From the NCBI GenBank assembly GCA_025966295.1, contig JAOPVD010000012.1, forward strand, positions 1 to 38,510: a stretch of 38,510 nucleotides of DNA, read 5' to 3'. Of the stretch, positions 31,753-38,510 are shown piece after piece. The DNA comes from Frankiales bacterium (GTDB taxonomy: Bacteria; Actinomycetota; Actinomycetes; Mycobacteriales; SCTD01). The first letter of the stretch is position 1. Each line of letters opens with the position of its first letter. The translations under genes and the position numbers were made by a program. The notes under the pieces are model-generated. The model ran no database searches, was not told the origin of the DNA, and saw only the letters and a list, made by a program, of their open reading frames with translations.

Positions 31753-31771
31753 AGGTCGTGCGAGGACCGGA

Positions 31772-32854
31772 TCAGGCAGCCGTCGCCTGGGCGGCCTGCG
31801 CGCGCCGGCTCTTGCGGGTCTGCGTGATCTGCCGACTGGCGAGAGCCACCGCGATGAGCAGCGCAGCGCCCTGGAAGAGCGGCTGGATCCAGAACGTGCC
31901 CGGACCGAAGGCGAGCTGCAGGCCCTTGATGCCGAAGGCCAGCGCGAAGTAGGCAACCAGGGTGCCCCACACGTTGGGCCGACCGGAGAACTGCGACGCC
32001 CCGAAGAAGACGGCGGCGAGCGCAGGGAACAGCAAGCCGGGACCGGCTTCTGCCGAGTACGCCCCAACCCGCATCGAGTACACGATGCCCGCAAGGGCCG
32101 CGATGCCGGCGGACGCCACGAACGAGCCGTACACGAGTTTCGAGGTCGGCAGTCCGGCCAGGCGCGCCGCCTCCGGGTTGCCGCCGACCGCGAACAGGTG
32201 GCGACCCACCGGCGTGTGCTCCAGCACGGCCCACACGACGACGGCGAGCACGAGCAGCAGGGCCACGACGACCGGGACGCCCAGCACGTTCGAGCTGCCC
32301 ATCTTCTCGAAGGTGCCGTCGAACTTGCCGATGACCTGGCGGTTGTCCGAGATCTTCAGGGTCACGGCGCTGAGCACCTGGCTCACCCCGAGCGTCGCGA
32401 TCAGCGAGTTGACGCGGAAGCGCACGACGAGCACACCGCTCAGGACGCCGGACGCACAGCAGACCGCGACCGCGATGAGGCAGACGACCGCGATCGGCAG
32501 GTCCGTGTTGAGCGAGAACCAGTTGATCAGGCACAGGGACAGGCCCATGAGCGCACCGACCGACAGGTCATAGGTCCCGGCCGCCAGCGGGACGAGGAAG
32601 GCGAGCGCGAGAACCGCTGTGACGACGCCCTCGCCGAAGGTCAGCCGGAAGGTGCTGACGGTCAGGAAGATGTCGGGCTTGAGAATGCCGAACAGGATCA
32701 GGAAGCCGATCCACAGGAACACGGCGCTGTAGCGACCCAGGATGAGGCTGAGCGGCTGCCGCGGCGACGCAGCGGACGCCGGCCTCGTCCCGGCGGGCGT
32801 GGAGACGACGTCAGCCTCGCCCGCGACCGTCTGGGGCTGCGAGTTTCTCAACAT
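31772..32854 (-). CDS. ABC transporter permease, CUT2 (ribose/xylose-type, BPD_transp_2) family
   Basis: 360 aa, multi-pass hydrophobic. It has RbsC-like stretches (GTYDLSVGALMGL and VGGNPEAARLAGLP). Confidence 0.9.
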   Translation of the reverse strand: MLRNSQPQTVAGEADVVSTPAGTRPASAASPRQPLSLILGRYSAVFLWIGFLILFGILKPDIFLTVSTFRLTFGEGVVTAVLALAFLVPLAAGTYDLSVGALMGLSLCLINWFSLNTDLPIAVVCLIAVAVCCASGVLSGVLVVRFRVNSLIATLGVSQVLSAVTLKISDNRQVIGKFDGTFEKMGSSNVLGVPVVVALLLVLAVVVWAVLEHTPVGRHLFAVGGNPEAARLAGLPTSKLVYGSFVASAGIAALAGIVYSMRVGAYSAEAGPGLLFPALAAVFFGASQFSGRPNVWGTLVAYFALAFGIKGLQLAFGPGTFWIQPLFQGAALLIAVALASRQITQTRKSRRAQAAQATAA

Positions 32855-32880
32855 GGTTGTCCAGGGTCCGTAGGAGTGGG

Positions 32881-34416
32881 TCAGGGCGCTGCGGGGCGCA
32901 GTTCTGAGGGGAGCTCGAGCAGGGGGGCGGCGACCTGCGCCTGGTCGATGGCGGCAGCGCTGAGGTCGGCGCCGCGGACGAGCTCACGCACCACGCGTCC
33001 CTGGCGCAGCACCAGGACGCGGTCGGACAGCCTGGCGAGCTCGCCGCTGTCGGTCGACGCCAGCAGCACCGACATGCCGCCGTCCACGGCGGCCTCGACG
33101 ATGGTGTGCACCTGGTCGCGGGCCTTCACGTCGATGCCTGCGGTCGGGTCGTCGAGCACGAGGACAGCGGGATCGAGCCGGAGCGCGCGGGCGACGAGCA
33201 CCTTCTGCTGGTTGCCGCCCGACAGGCTGGTGATGGGCGCCTCCGGGCCCCGCGTCACGACACCCATAGAGCTGATGTACTCCTGCACCTCGCGAGCCTC
33301 GGAACGCCGGGCCAGGCGGCCCTTGAACGTGTGCCGGCCGAGCGAGCCGAGGGTGAGGTTCTCCCGCACGTTGAAGTTGCTGAAGATGCCGTACCGGGCG
33401 CGCTCGCCGGGCACGAGCGCGAGACCGGCCTTGAGGCCCGCGGACGGCGAGCCCGCGACGATCTCCGTCCCGGCGACGCGGACGACACCGGTACGCGGCA
33501 ACCGGCCGGTGACGATCGCGGCGAGTTCCTCGCGACCGGAGCCGGTGAGGCCGGCGACACCCAGCACCTCACCCTTGCGCACCTGGGCGGTGACGCCGTG
33601 CACGGTCCCGCCAGCGACGTCGGCGAGGTCGAGGACCACGTCCGCCTCGTCGCGCTGCCCGGCCGTGCGGCCGCCGGACACGACGAGGTCGTGGCCGACC
33701 ATCATCCGCACGAGGCTGTCGGCGTCCGCGGACGCGGCATCCGTGGTCGCCACCTTCTTGCCGTCGCGCAGCACGGTGATGCGGTCGGAGATCTCGAAGA
33801 TCTCCTCCAGGTGGTGCGACACGATGAGGATGCTGTTACCCGCCTCGCGCAGGTGCCGCACCGTCTCGAACAGCCGCTCGACGTCCGTGTTCGGCAGGGC
33901 CGCCGTCGGCTCGTCGAGCACCACGAGGGCGCTCCCGAGCGAGGCGTCGGGCAGTGCCCGGGCGATGGCGAGGCCCGTCCGGTCGGCCAGGCCGAGCTCG
34001 CCGACCGGACGTCGCACGTCGATCGTCAGGCCGGCTCGTTCGACGAGTGCCTGCGCCTGCTCCCGGGCGGCCGACCAGCGGATGCGACCACCGAGGCCGA
34101 CCGGGTAGCTGCGGCCGAGCATGAGGTTCTCGATCCCGCTCAGCTCCAGCACCAGGCCAAGGTCCTGGTGGACGAAGCGGATGCCGGCAGCGTGCGCGGC
34201 GACCGCCGAGCCGAGCTCGAGCGGAGCGTCGTGCATGGTGGCGGACGCACCGTCGTCGGGTTGGTGGTAGCCGGCCAGCACCTTGATGAGGGTCGACTTG
34301 CCTGAGCCGTTCTGCCCGACCAGCGCATGCACCTCCCCCTGCTGCACTTCGAGGTCGACCCGGTCGAGCGCCAGCTGACCGGCGAACGACTTGGACAGGG
34401 AGGAGATGGTGAGCAT
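32881..34416 (-). CDS. ABC transporter ATP-binding protein with duplicated ATPase domains (RbsA-like)
   Basis: The ATG at 34416 is preceded by GGAGG. It has Walker A GQNGSGKST, signature LSGGNQQKV, Walker B VLVLDDPT and a degenerate second P-loop GLTGSGREEL. Confidence 0.9.
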   Translation of the reverse strand: MLTISSLSKSFAGQLALDRVDLEVQQGEVHALVGQNGSGKSTLIKVLAGYHQPDDGASATMHDAPLELGSAVAAHAAGIRFVHQDLGLVLELSGIENLMLGRSYPVGLGGRIRWSAAREQAQALVERAGLTIDVRRPVGELGLADRTGLAIARALPDASLGSALVVLDEPTAALPNTDVERLFETVRHLREAGNSILIVSHHLEEIFEISDRITVLRDGKKVATTDAASADADSLVRMMVGHDLVVSGGRTAGQRDEADVVLDLADVAGGTVHGVTAQVRKGEVLGVAGLTGSGREELAAIVTGRLPRTGVVRVAGTEIVAGSPSAGLKAGLALVPGERARYGIFSNFNVRENLTLGSLGRHTFKGRLARRSEAREVQEYISSMGVVTRGPEAPITSLSGGNQQKVLVARALRLDPAVLVLDDPTAGIDVKARDQVHTIVEAAVDGGMSVLLASTDSGELARLSDRVLVLRQGRVVRELVRGADLSAAAIDQAQVAAPLLELPSELRPAAP

Positions 34417-34480
34417 GGTGACCTCCACTGGAGCCCTCGAACGTGAGCAGGGGGACGTGCCGTGCGAACTCGTTGGGCGG

Positions 34481-35632
34481 TTAGACGCCCCAGTCCTTCT
34501 TGAAGCCGTCCTGGTAGCCCGCCGGGCCCTGCCAGCCGTCCTTCAGGTCCTTGATCTTCGCGGCCTCCTCGGACGTGGAGACGACGTAGAACGGCGGGAC
34601 CGCCGCCTTGCGCTCGCCCTCGAGCGTCCAGGAGTCGGTTGCAAGGCGGGCCATCTCGTCGGTCATGGTCCACATCGCCAGCTCCTGAGGCAGCGCGATC
34701 CAGGCCCCGGGCGCGCCGTCGGCGATGCTCGTGAACTGCGCTTGCGTGCCCTGGACGCCAACGATCTTGACCTTGTCGGCGAGGCCGGCTGCCTTCAGCG
34801 CGGCGACGACGCCGGTGGAGAGTGTGTCGAAGGTCAGGTAGACGTAGTCGATCTTGGGGTCGGACTGCAGGAACGACGCGATCTTCTGCGGCACCTGGCC
34901 ACCGCCGAGGTCGGCCACGGTGACGTCGAGCCGCTCGAAGCGGCAAGCGGGGCAGACCTTCGCGAGCTCGTTCTTCGCGGGCCCGCTCTGCGCCTCGAGG
35001 ATCGGGAAGGCGGGCAGGTTGACCATCAGGACGTTGGCCGAGCCCTCGGAGTCGACGGCGATGAAGTCCGCCATCGTCTTGGCGTAGACGGCGGCGGCGG
35101 TTGCGTCGTAGCAGTCGCCGTAGAGGTTGTTGTCCTTGCCCGCCGGCACATCCGTGGAGTAGCAGGCGAACAGCGGGATGCCCTTCGCCTTGGCCTGCGC
35201 CGCCTGCTGCTTGAACAGCTCGAGCGGGGTGCCGGTGTAGCCGATGTAGTCAACCCCGGCGTCGATGAGCTGCTGCACGGCGGCCCCCGGGTCGGTGGCA
35301 CTGGCGTTGACCGTCTGCAGGTCCCAGCCCAGCGCGGTCGTCGTCGTCTTGAGGAAGCCGGCGAGCTTGACGCAGGACGGGTCGGCGCACACCACGAAGC
35401 CGACCTTCTTCTTCGGCGGCTTGCTCGGCAACGCATCGCGGTCCGGCAGCACCTGGGGCGGCGACGAGTAGGCGGCGAGGTTTGCCTTTGCCGCCTGCAG
35501 GTCGGTGGACGAGGCGGACGCCTTCGGCGGGTCCGCCGCGGCGCCGCTGTCGCTGGAGCCGCACGCGGTGGCCAAGACAGCCACGAGCGCGAGGACGGCG
35601 GGCGCGAGGATGCGCTTACCTCTAGTGATCAT
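34481..35632 (-). CDS. Lipoprotein substrate-binding protein of the ABC importer (periplasmic-binding-protein type I)
   Basis: The real start is ATG at 35632 (MITRGKRILAPAVLALVAVLATACGSS). It has a signal peptide plus lipobox L-A-T-A-C. The upstream part of the listed 442-aa ORF is artefact. Confidence 0.85.
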   Translation of the reverse strand: MITRGKRILAPAVLALVAVLATACGSSDSGAAADPPKASASSTDLQAAKANLAAYSSPPQVLPDRDALPSKPPKKKVGFVVCADPSCVKLAGFLKTTTTALGWDLQTVNASATDPGAAVQQLIDAGVDYIGYTGTPLELFKQQAAQAKAKGIPLFACYSTDVPAGKDNNLYGDCYDATAAAVYAKTMADFIAVDSEGSANVLMVNLPAFPILEAQSGPAKNELAKVCPACRFERLDVTVADLGGGQVPQKIASFLQSDPKIDYVYLTFDTLSTGVVAALKAAGLADKVKIVGVQGTQAQFTSIADGAPGAWIALPQELAMWTMTDEMARLATDSWTLEGERKAAVPPFYVVSTSEEAAKIKDLKDGWQGPAGYQDGFKKDWGV

Positions 35633-35824
35633 GTGACCTCGTTCTAGGAGTGGTGCACGGAAGGTCCGCCGCTGCAGGGCATCCGGCGGTGGTGTGGTGG
35701 CACAGGGTTCCGGGACGGGCCGCTCGGCGAGCCGGATCGGCGGTGACGGGGTTGCGGCGCCCGCGGCCCCGGTGGGCTCGGTGCATGTGGAGTACATCAC
35801 AACGACCACCGTTGTGTCGACGTT

Positions 35825-35836
35825 TCATCATGATGT
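35825..35836. promoter_or_regulatory. Copy D of the recurring motif (TCATCATGATGT; core 10-bp perfect palindrome CATCATGATG)
   Basis: 11/12 match to TC[C/A]TCATGA[T/G]GA. It lies near the centre of the 389-nt divergent region between the binding-protein gene and the GntR gene. An inverted repeat CACAACG-N5-CGTTGTG (35798-35816) sits beside it. Confidence 0.4.
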
Positions 35837-35988
35837 TTTTGGGTGCAGCGACGCCTTCCCGGCAACATGCCGGCCGCACTGGAGGCAACGACGGCGACGG
35901 CAGATGCGACACGACTGGACATAGTTCTCACGGAGAAATAGACCAGAACTGAGCGGGGTGTCCGTGGGCTGCTGAGACGTGTCGGGAC

Positions 35989-35994
35989 TAGAAT
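35989..35994 (+). promoter_or_regulatory. Candidate -10 hexamer TAGAAT for the GntR-family gene
   Basis: A near-consensus TANNNT hexamer 28 nt upstream of the ATG at 36022. GGGGGA lies between them as a possible SD. Confidence 0.3.
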
Positions 35995-36021
35995 TGCGCG
36001 AACGTTTACACGGGGGATTCC

Positions 36022-36867
36022 ATGAGGCGCACGGCCGGTCGCAATGACGACAGCGGCATCGTCGCGGCCGTCACCGGCCTGCCGATCCGCTACACCCTCA
36101 CGCAGGAACATGGCCTGCCCGGCCAGGTCGACGACGTGACGCCGGCGCCGCAGCGCGTCATCAAGATGAGCGAGGCTGTGGCGCAGGACATCGTGCGCGA
36201 CATCGTGGCCCGGGGCCTGAGCGTCGGCGACCGGCTGCCCCCGGAGGCCGCGATGGTCTCGGAGTACGGCGTCAGCCGCGAGTCGCTGCGCGAGGCGCTC
36301 CGCATCCTCGAGGTGCAAGGACTGATCGTCATCCGACGCGGTCCCGGCGGGGGCCCGGTGGTCTCAGGCATCGACCCGCGCAACCTGGCCCGGACGTCAG
36401 CGCTCTACTTCCACCTGTCGGGCGCCAACTACGACGAGCTCTTCGAGACCTGGCAGTCCGTCGAGCCCATCCTCGCGCAGAAGGTCGCTCATGCGCCGGA
36501 CCGCAGACTCGTGCGCGAAGCCCTGGCCCCCTACCTGGAGGCCTTTGCACCCGACGTCACGCAGCAGCACCTCGTCAGCACCGCCAACGCCTTCCACGCC
36601 GTCATCGCCGAGCTGAGCCACAACCGCGTACTGACGCTGATCGTGCAGGCCGTCAGCCACATCGTGAACGACCAGGTGCTGAGCGACTTCGACCCGGTCC
36701 TCGCGGCGGGCCAGATCGGCCACGACCACGAGGAGATCGCCAAGGCCATCGTGGACGGGCGTGCGTCCAAGGCACGGCGGCTGATGGAGGAGCACATCGT
36801 GCACATCACCGACGCGTACCGGGCGAGCTTCCCGGACCGCGTGCTCAGCCTCGTCGAGTGGCGCTAG
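36022..36867 (+). CDS. GntR-family transcriptional regulator, FadR subfamily (FCD effector domain)
   Basis: Winged-HTH region KMSEAVAQDIVRDIVARGLSVGDRLPPEAAMVSEYGVSRESLREALRILEVQGLIVIRRGPGGG, followed by a helical FCD-like C-terminus. The start is uncertain: ATG at 36022, or a downstream GTG/ATG. Confidence 0.85.
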   Translation: MRRTAGRNDDSGIVAAVTGLPIRYTLTQEHGLPGQVDDVTPAPQRVIKMSEAVAQDIVRDIVARGLSVGDRLPPEAAMVSEYGVSRESLREALRILEVQGLIVIRRGPGGGPVVSGIDPRNLARTSALYFHLSGANYDELFETWQSVEPILAQKVAHAPDRRLVREALAPYLEAFAPDVTQQHLVSTANAFHAVIAELSHNRVLTLIVQAVSHIVNDQVLSDFDPVLAAGQIGHDHEEIAKAIVDGRASKARRLMEEHIVHITDAYRASFPDRVLSLVEWR

Positions 36868-36894
36868 CCGAAGCGGACCGCCTGCACGGAGCCC

Positions 36895-37791
36895 TCAGGA
36901 ACCGGCGGCGACCGGGACGTCGTGCGGGTCCAGGCCGAGCGCGTGGGCGCACCGGGCCAGGCTCCGCTCGCGGTCCTCGCGAGTCGCGCCCACCCAGACC
37001 TTGTCGGCCCACAGGACGAGGTCGTCGATCCCCTCCGACCCGTAGCGGGACACGGCTTGGGCGTCGAGGTCCTCCACGCGGAAGACGCAACGGAACGGCT
37101 CGGTACGACTGGCCTGCTCCCGTTCGCGCACCAGCGCGTCCCGCAACGCGACGGCGCTCTCCATCGACGGCGTGCCGGAGCTGAACCAGCCGTCGCCGAG
37201 CCGCGCCGCCCGGGCCAGCGCCTTGGGGCCGTTGCCGCCCAGCACCAGCGGGACGTCGACCCGTCGCGCCGTCACCTGCAGCGACGGGAAACAGAAGTGC
37301 CTGCCCGAGTGCGCGAACGTCCCGCCGGCCCACGCCTTGCGGAGCACCTCGACAGACTCCTCGAGCCGCGGCATGCGCTCGGCGTACGCGATGTCGAGCG
37401 CGTCGAACTCCTCGCGCAGCCAGCCCGCGCCGATGCCGAGCACCACGCGCCCACCGCTGAGCTCCTGGGCGGTGGCCACGGTCCGCGCGGTGAGCAGCGG
37501 ATGACGCAGGGGCAGCAGGTAGATGCCCGTGGCGACCCGCAGGTGCGTGGTGGCCGCGGCGATCGCGCCGAAGACGACCCACGGGTCGACGAGCTCGGTG
37601 TCCGGCACCACGATCGGCCCCGTGTGGTGCTGCGCCGAGCCGTCCGACGGGTGCTTGCTCGAGTACTCCGCCGGATGGAACAGGTGCTCGCCCAGCCAGA
37701 GCCCGTCGAAGCCCAGCCGGTCAGCAGCGATCGACAGCTCGAGCAGGTCCCGGGCCGGCATGCCGTACGCCGACAGGCCGATGCGTGTCAT
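36895..37791 (-). CDS. Luciferase-like monooxygenase (LLM) class flavin/F420-dependent oxidoreductase
   Basis: The ATG at 37791 (MTRIGLSAYG..) is preceded by GGAG. Motifs LGFDGLWLGEHLF, GRVVLGIGAGW and LVLGGNGPKAL are typical of the LLM class. Confidence 0.85.
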   Translation of the reverse strand: MTRIGLSAYGMPARDLLELSIAADRLGFDGLWLGEHLFHPAEYSSKHPSDGSAQHHTGPIVVPDTELVDPWVVFGAIAAATTHLRVATGIYLLPLRHPLLTARTVATAQELSGGRVVLGIGAGWLREEFDALDIAYAERMPRLEESVEVLRKAWAGGTFAHSGRHFCFPSLQVTARRVDVPLVLGGNGPKALARAARLGDGWFSSGTPSMESAVALRDALVREREQASRTEPFRCVFRVEDLDAQAVSRYGSEGIDDLVLWADKVWVGATREDRERSLARCAHALGLDPHDVPVAAGS

Positions 37792-37804
37792 GTGAAGGCT
37801 CCAT

Positions 37805-38510
37805 TCATCCGAGCGACTCGCCACCGTCGACGATGAGGTTCGTACCGGTCACGAAGGACGACGCCGGCGAGCACAGGTAGAGGGCCGCCGCGGCCATGTC
37901 GGCGGGACTACCCGCACGCGCCATCGGCACGTTCTCCACCATCGCCTCGTAGACCTCGGGGTTGCGCTCCAGCGACAAGGGCGTCGCCGTGATACCAGGT
38001 GACAGCAGGTTGACGCGGATGCCCAGCGGGGCGAGCTCGACCGCGGCCACGCGAGCCAGCTGGTTGAGGCCCGCCTTGGTGGCGGAGTAGACCGAACGGC
38101 CCGGCAGGGCGCCCAGGGCGCGGATGGACGACACCACGACGATGGCCATGTTGTCGCTCGGCCGGTCGCGCATGAGCCGTCCGGCCAGCTGGATGCACTG
38201 GAAGGAGCCGGTCAGGTTGAGGGCCACGACGTCGTCCCAGTCCTGCATGGACAGCTCGAGGAAGGGCGTGATGGCGCCCGTGCCGGCGTTGGCCACCGCG
38301 ATGTTCAGGCGAGGCAGCTCGTCGCGGAGCCGGGTGAACAGCGCGTCGAGGCTGTCCCGGTCGCTGGTGTCGGCAGGCATGGCGATCACCCGTTGCGACG
38401 GGCTGCAGCCGGCGCGCAGCTGCTGCACCGCCGCCTCCAGCGCGAGCGGGTCACGGGCCACGAGGACGACGGACGCTCCCGCAGCGACGAGCTGCTCCGC
38501 GATGCCCCGG
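37805..38510 (-). CDS. Short-chain dehydrogenase/reductase, 5' end outside the window
   Basis: It has NAG, YSATKAG and C-terminal LIVDGGESLG. Reading continues in frame past 38461 to the window edge (..GIAEQLVAAGASVVLVARDP..), so the listed Met at 38461 is an internal GTG. Confidence 0.85.
   Translation of the reverse strand, partial: RGIAEQLVAAGASVVLVARDPLALEAAVQQLRAGCSPSQRVIAMPADTSDRDSLDALFTRLRDELPRLNIAVANAGTGAITPFLELSMQDWDDVVALNLTGSFQCIQLAGRLMRDRPSDNMAIVVVSSIRALGALPGRSVYSATKAGLNQLARVAAVELAPLGIRVNLLSPGITATPLSLERNPEVYEAMVENVPMARAGSPADMAAAALYLCSPASSFVTGTNLIVDGGESLG

Overview
This is a high-GC, actinobacterial-type chromosomal segment with about 37 protein-coding genes. I saw no rRNA, tRNA, CRISPR array, IS element or integrase. 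Many long ORFs in the six-frame track are alternate-frame or antisense GC artefacts. Several real genes start well inside their listed ORF, so I re-derived those starts from start codons, Shine-Dalgarno (SD) motifs and ATGA/GTGA overlaps.

Layout:
(1) 1-900: a GGDEF-tail ORF fragment and a yqhA-family membrane protein.
(2) 917-5926, minus strand: a translationally coupled 7-gene operon. It encodes a small PhaE/phasin-like protein, class III PhaC, a GNAT, a 2Fe-2S ferredoxin, a ferredoxin reductase, a RibD_C-family reductase and a flavin reductase.
(3) 6046-7662, plus strand: an XRE regulator, a small helical protein with a strong terminator, and an alpha/beta hydrolase.
(4) 7652-28400, almost entirely minus strand: a large acyl-CoA catabolic island. 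It holds 3 adenylate-forming CoA ligases, 1 enoyl-CoA hydratase, 3 acyl-CoA dehydrogenases (ACADs), an APH-fold kinase, a 99-aa protein, two thiolase-like/DUF35 pairs, a pair of family III CoA-transferases, a P450cam-like P450 with a 3Fe-4S ferredoxin, an SDR and an amidohydrolase_2 protein.
(5) 28715-31597, plus strand: SDR, aldehyde dehydrogenase and a SnoaL-like protein.
(6) 31772-35632, minus strand: a CUT2-type ABC importer.
(7) 36022-38510: a FadR/GntR regulator, an LLM-class oxidoreductase and a partial SDR.

Best candidates for something new:
- A kinase + Asp-variant ACAD + tiny protein + CoA ligase module that resembles lvaABCDE and ACAD10/11 (4-hydroxyacyl-CoA phospho-elimination), sitting inside a P450/beta-oxidation island.
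- A CoA-transferase pair in which one paralog has lost the catalytic Asp.
- Two non-canonical thiolase-like/DUF35 pairs.
- A recurring AT-rich 12-bp palindrome, TC[C/A]TCATGA[T/G]GA, in three separate promoter regions. This suggests one repressor ties the island together.
- A class III PHA synthase translationally coupled to redox and GNAT genes.

All functional calls come from motif recognition by eye. No database search was possible.
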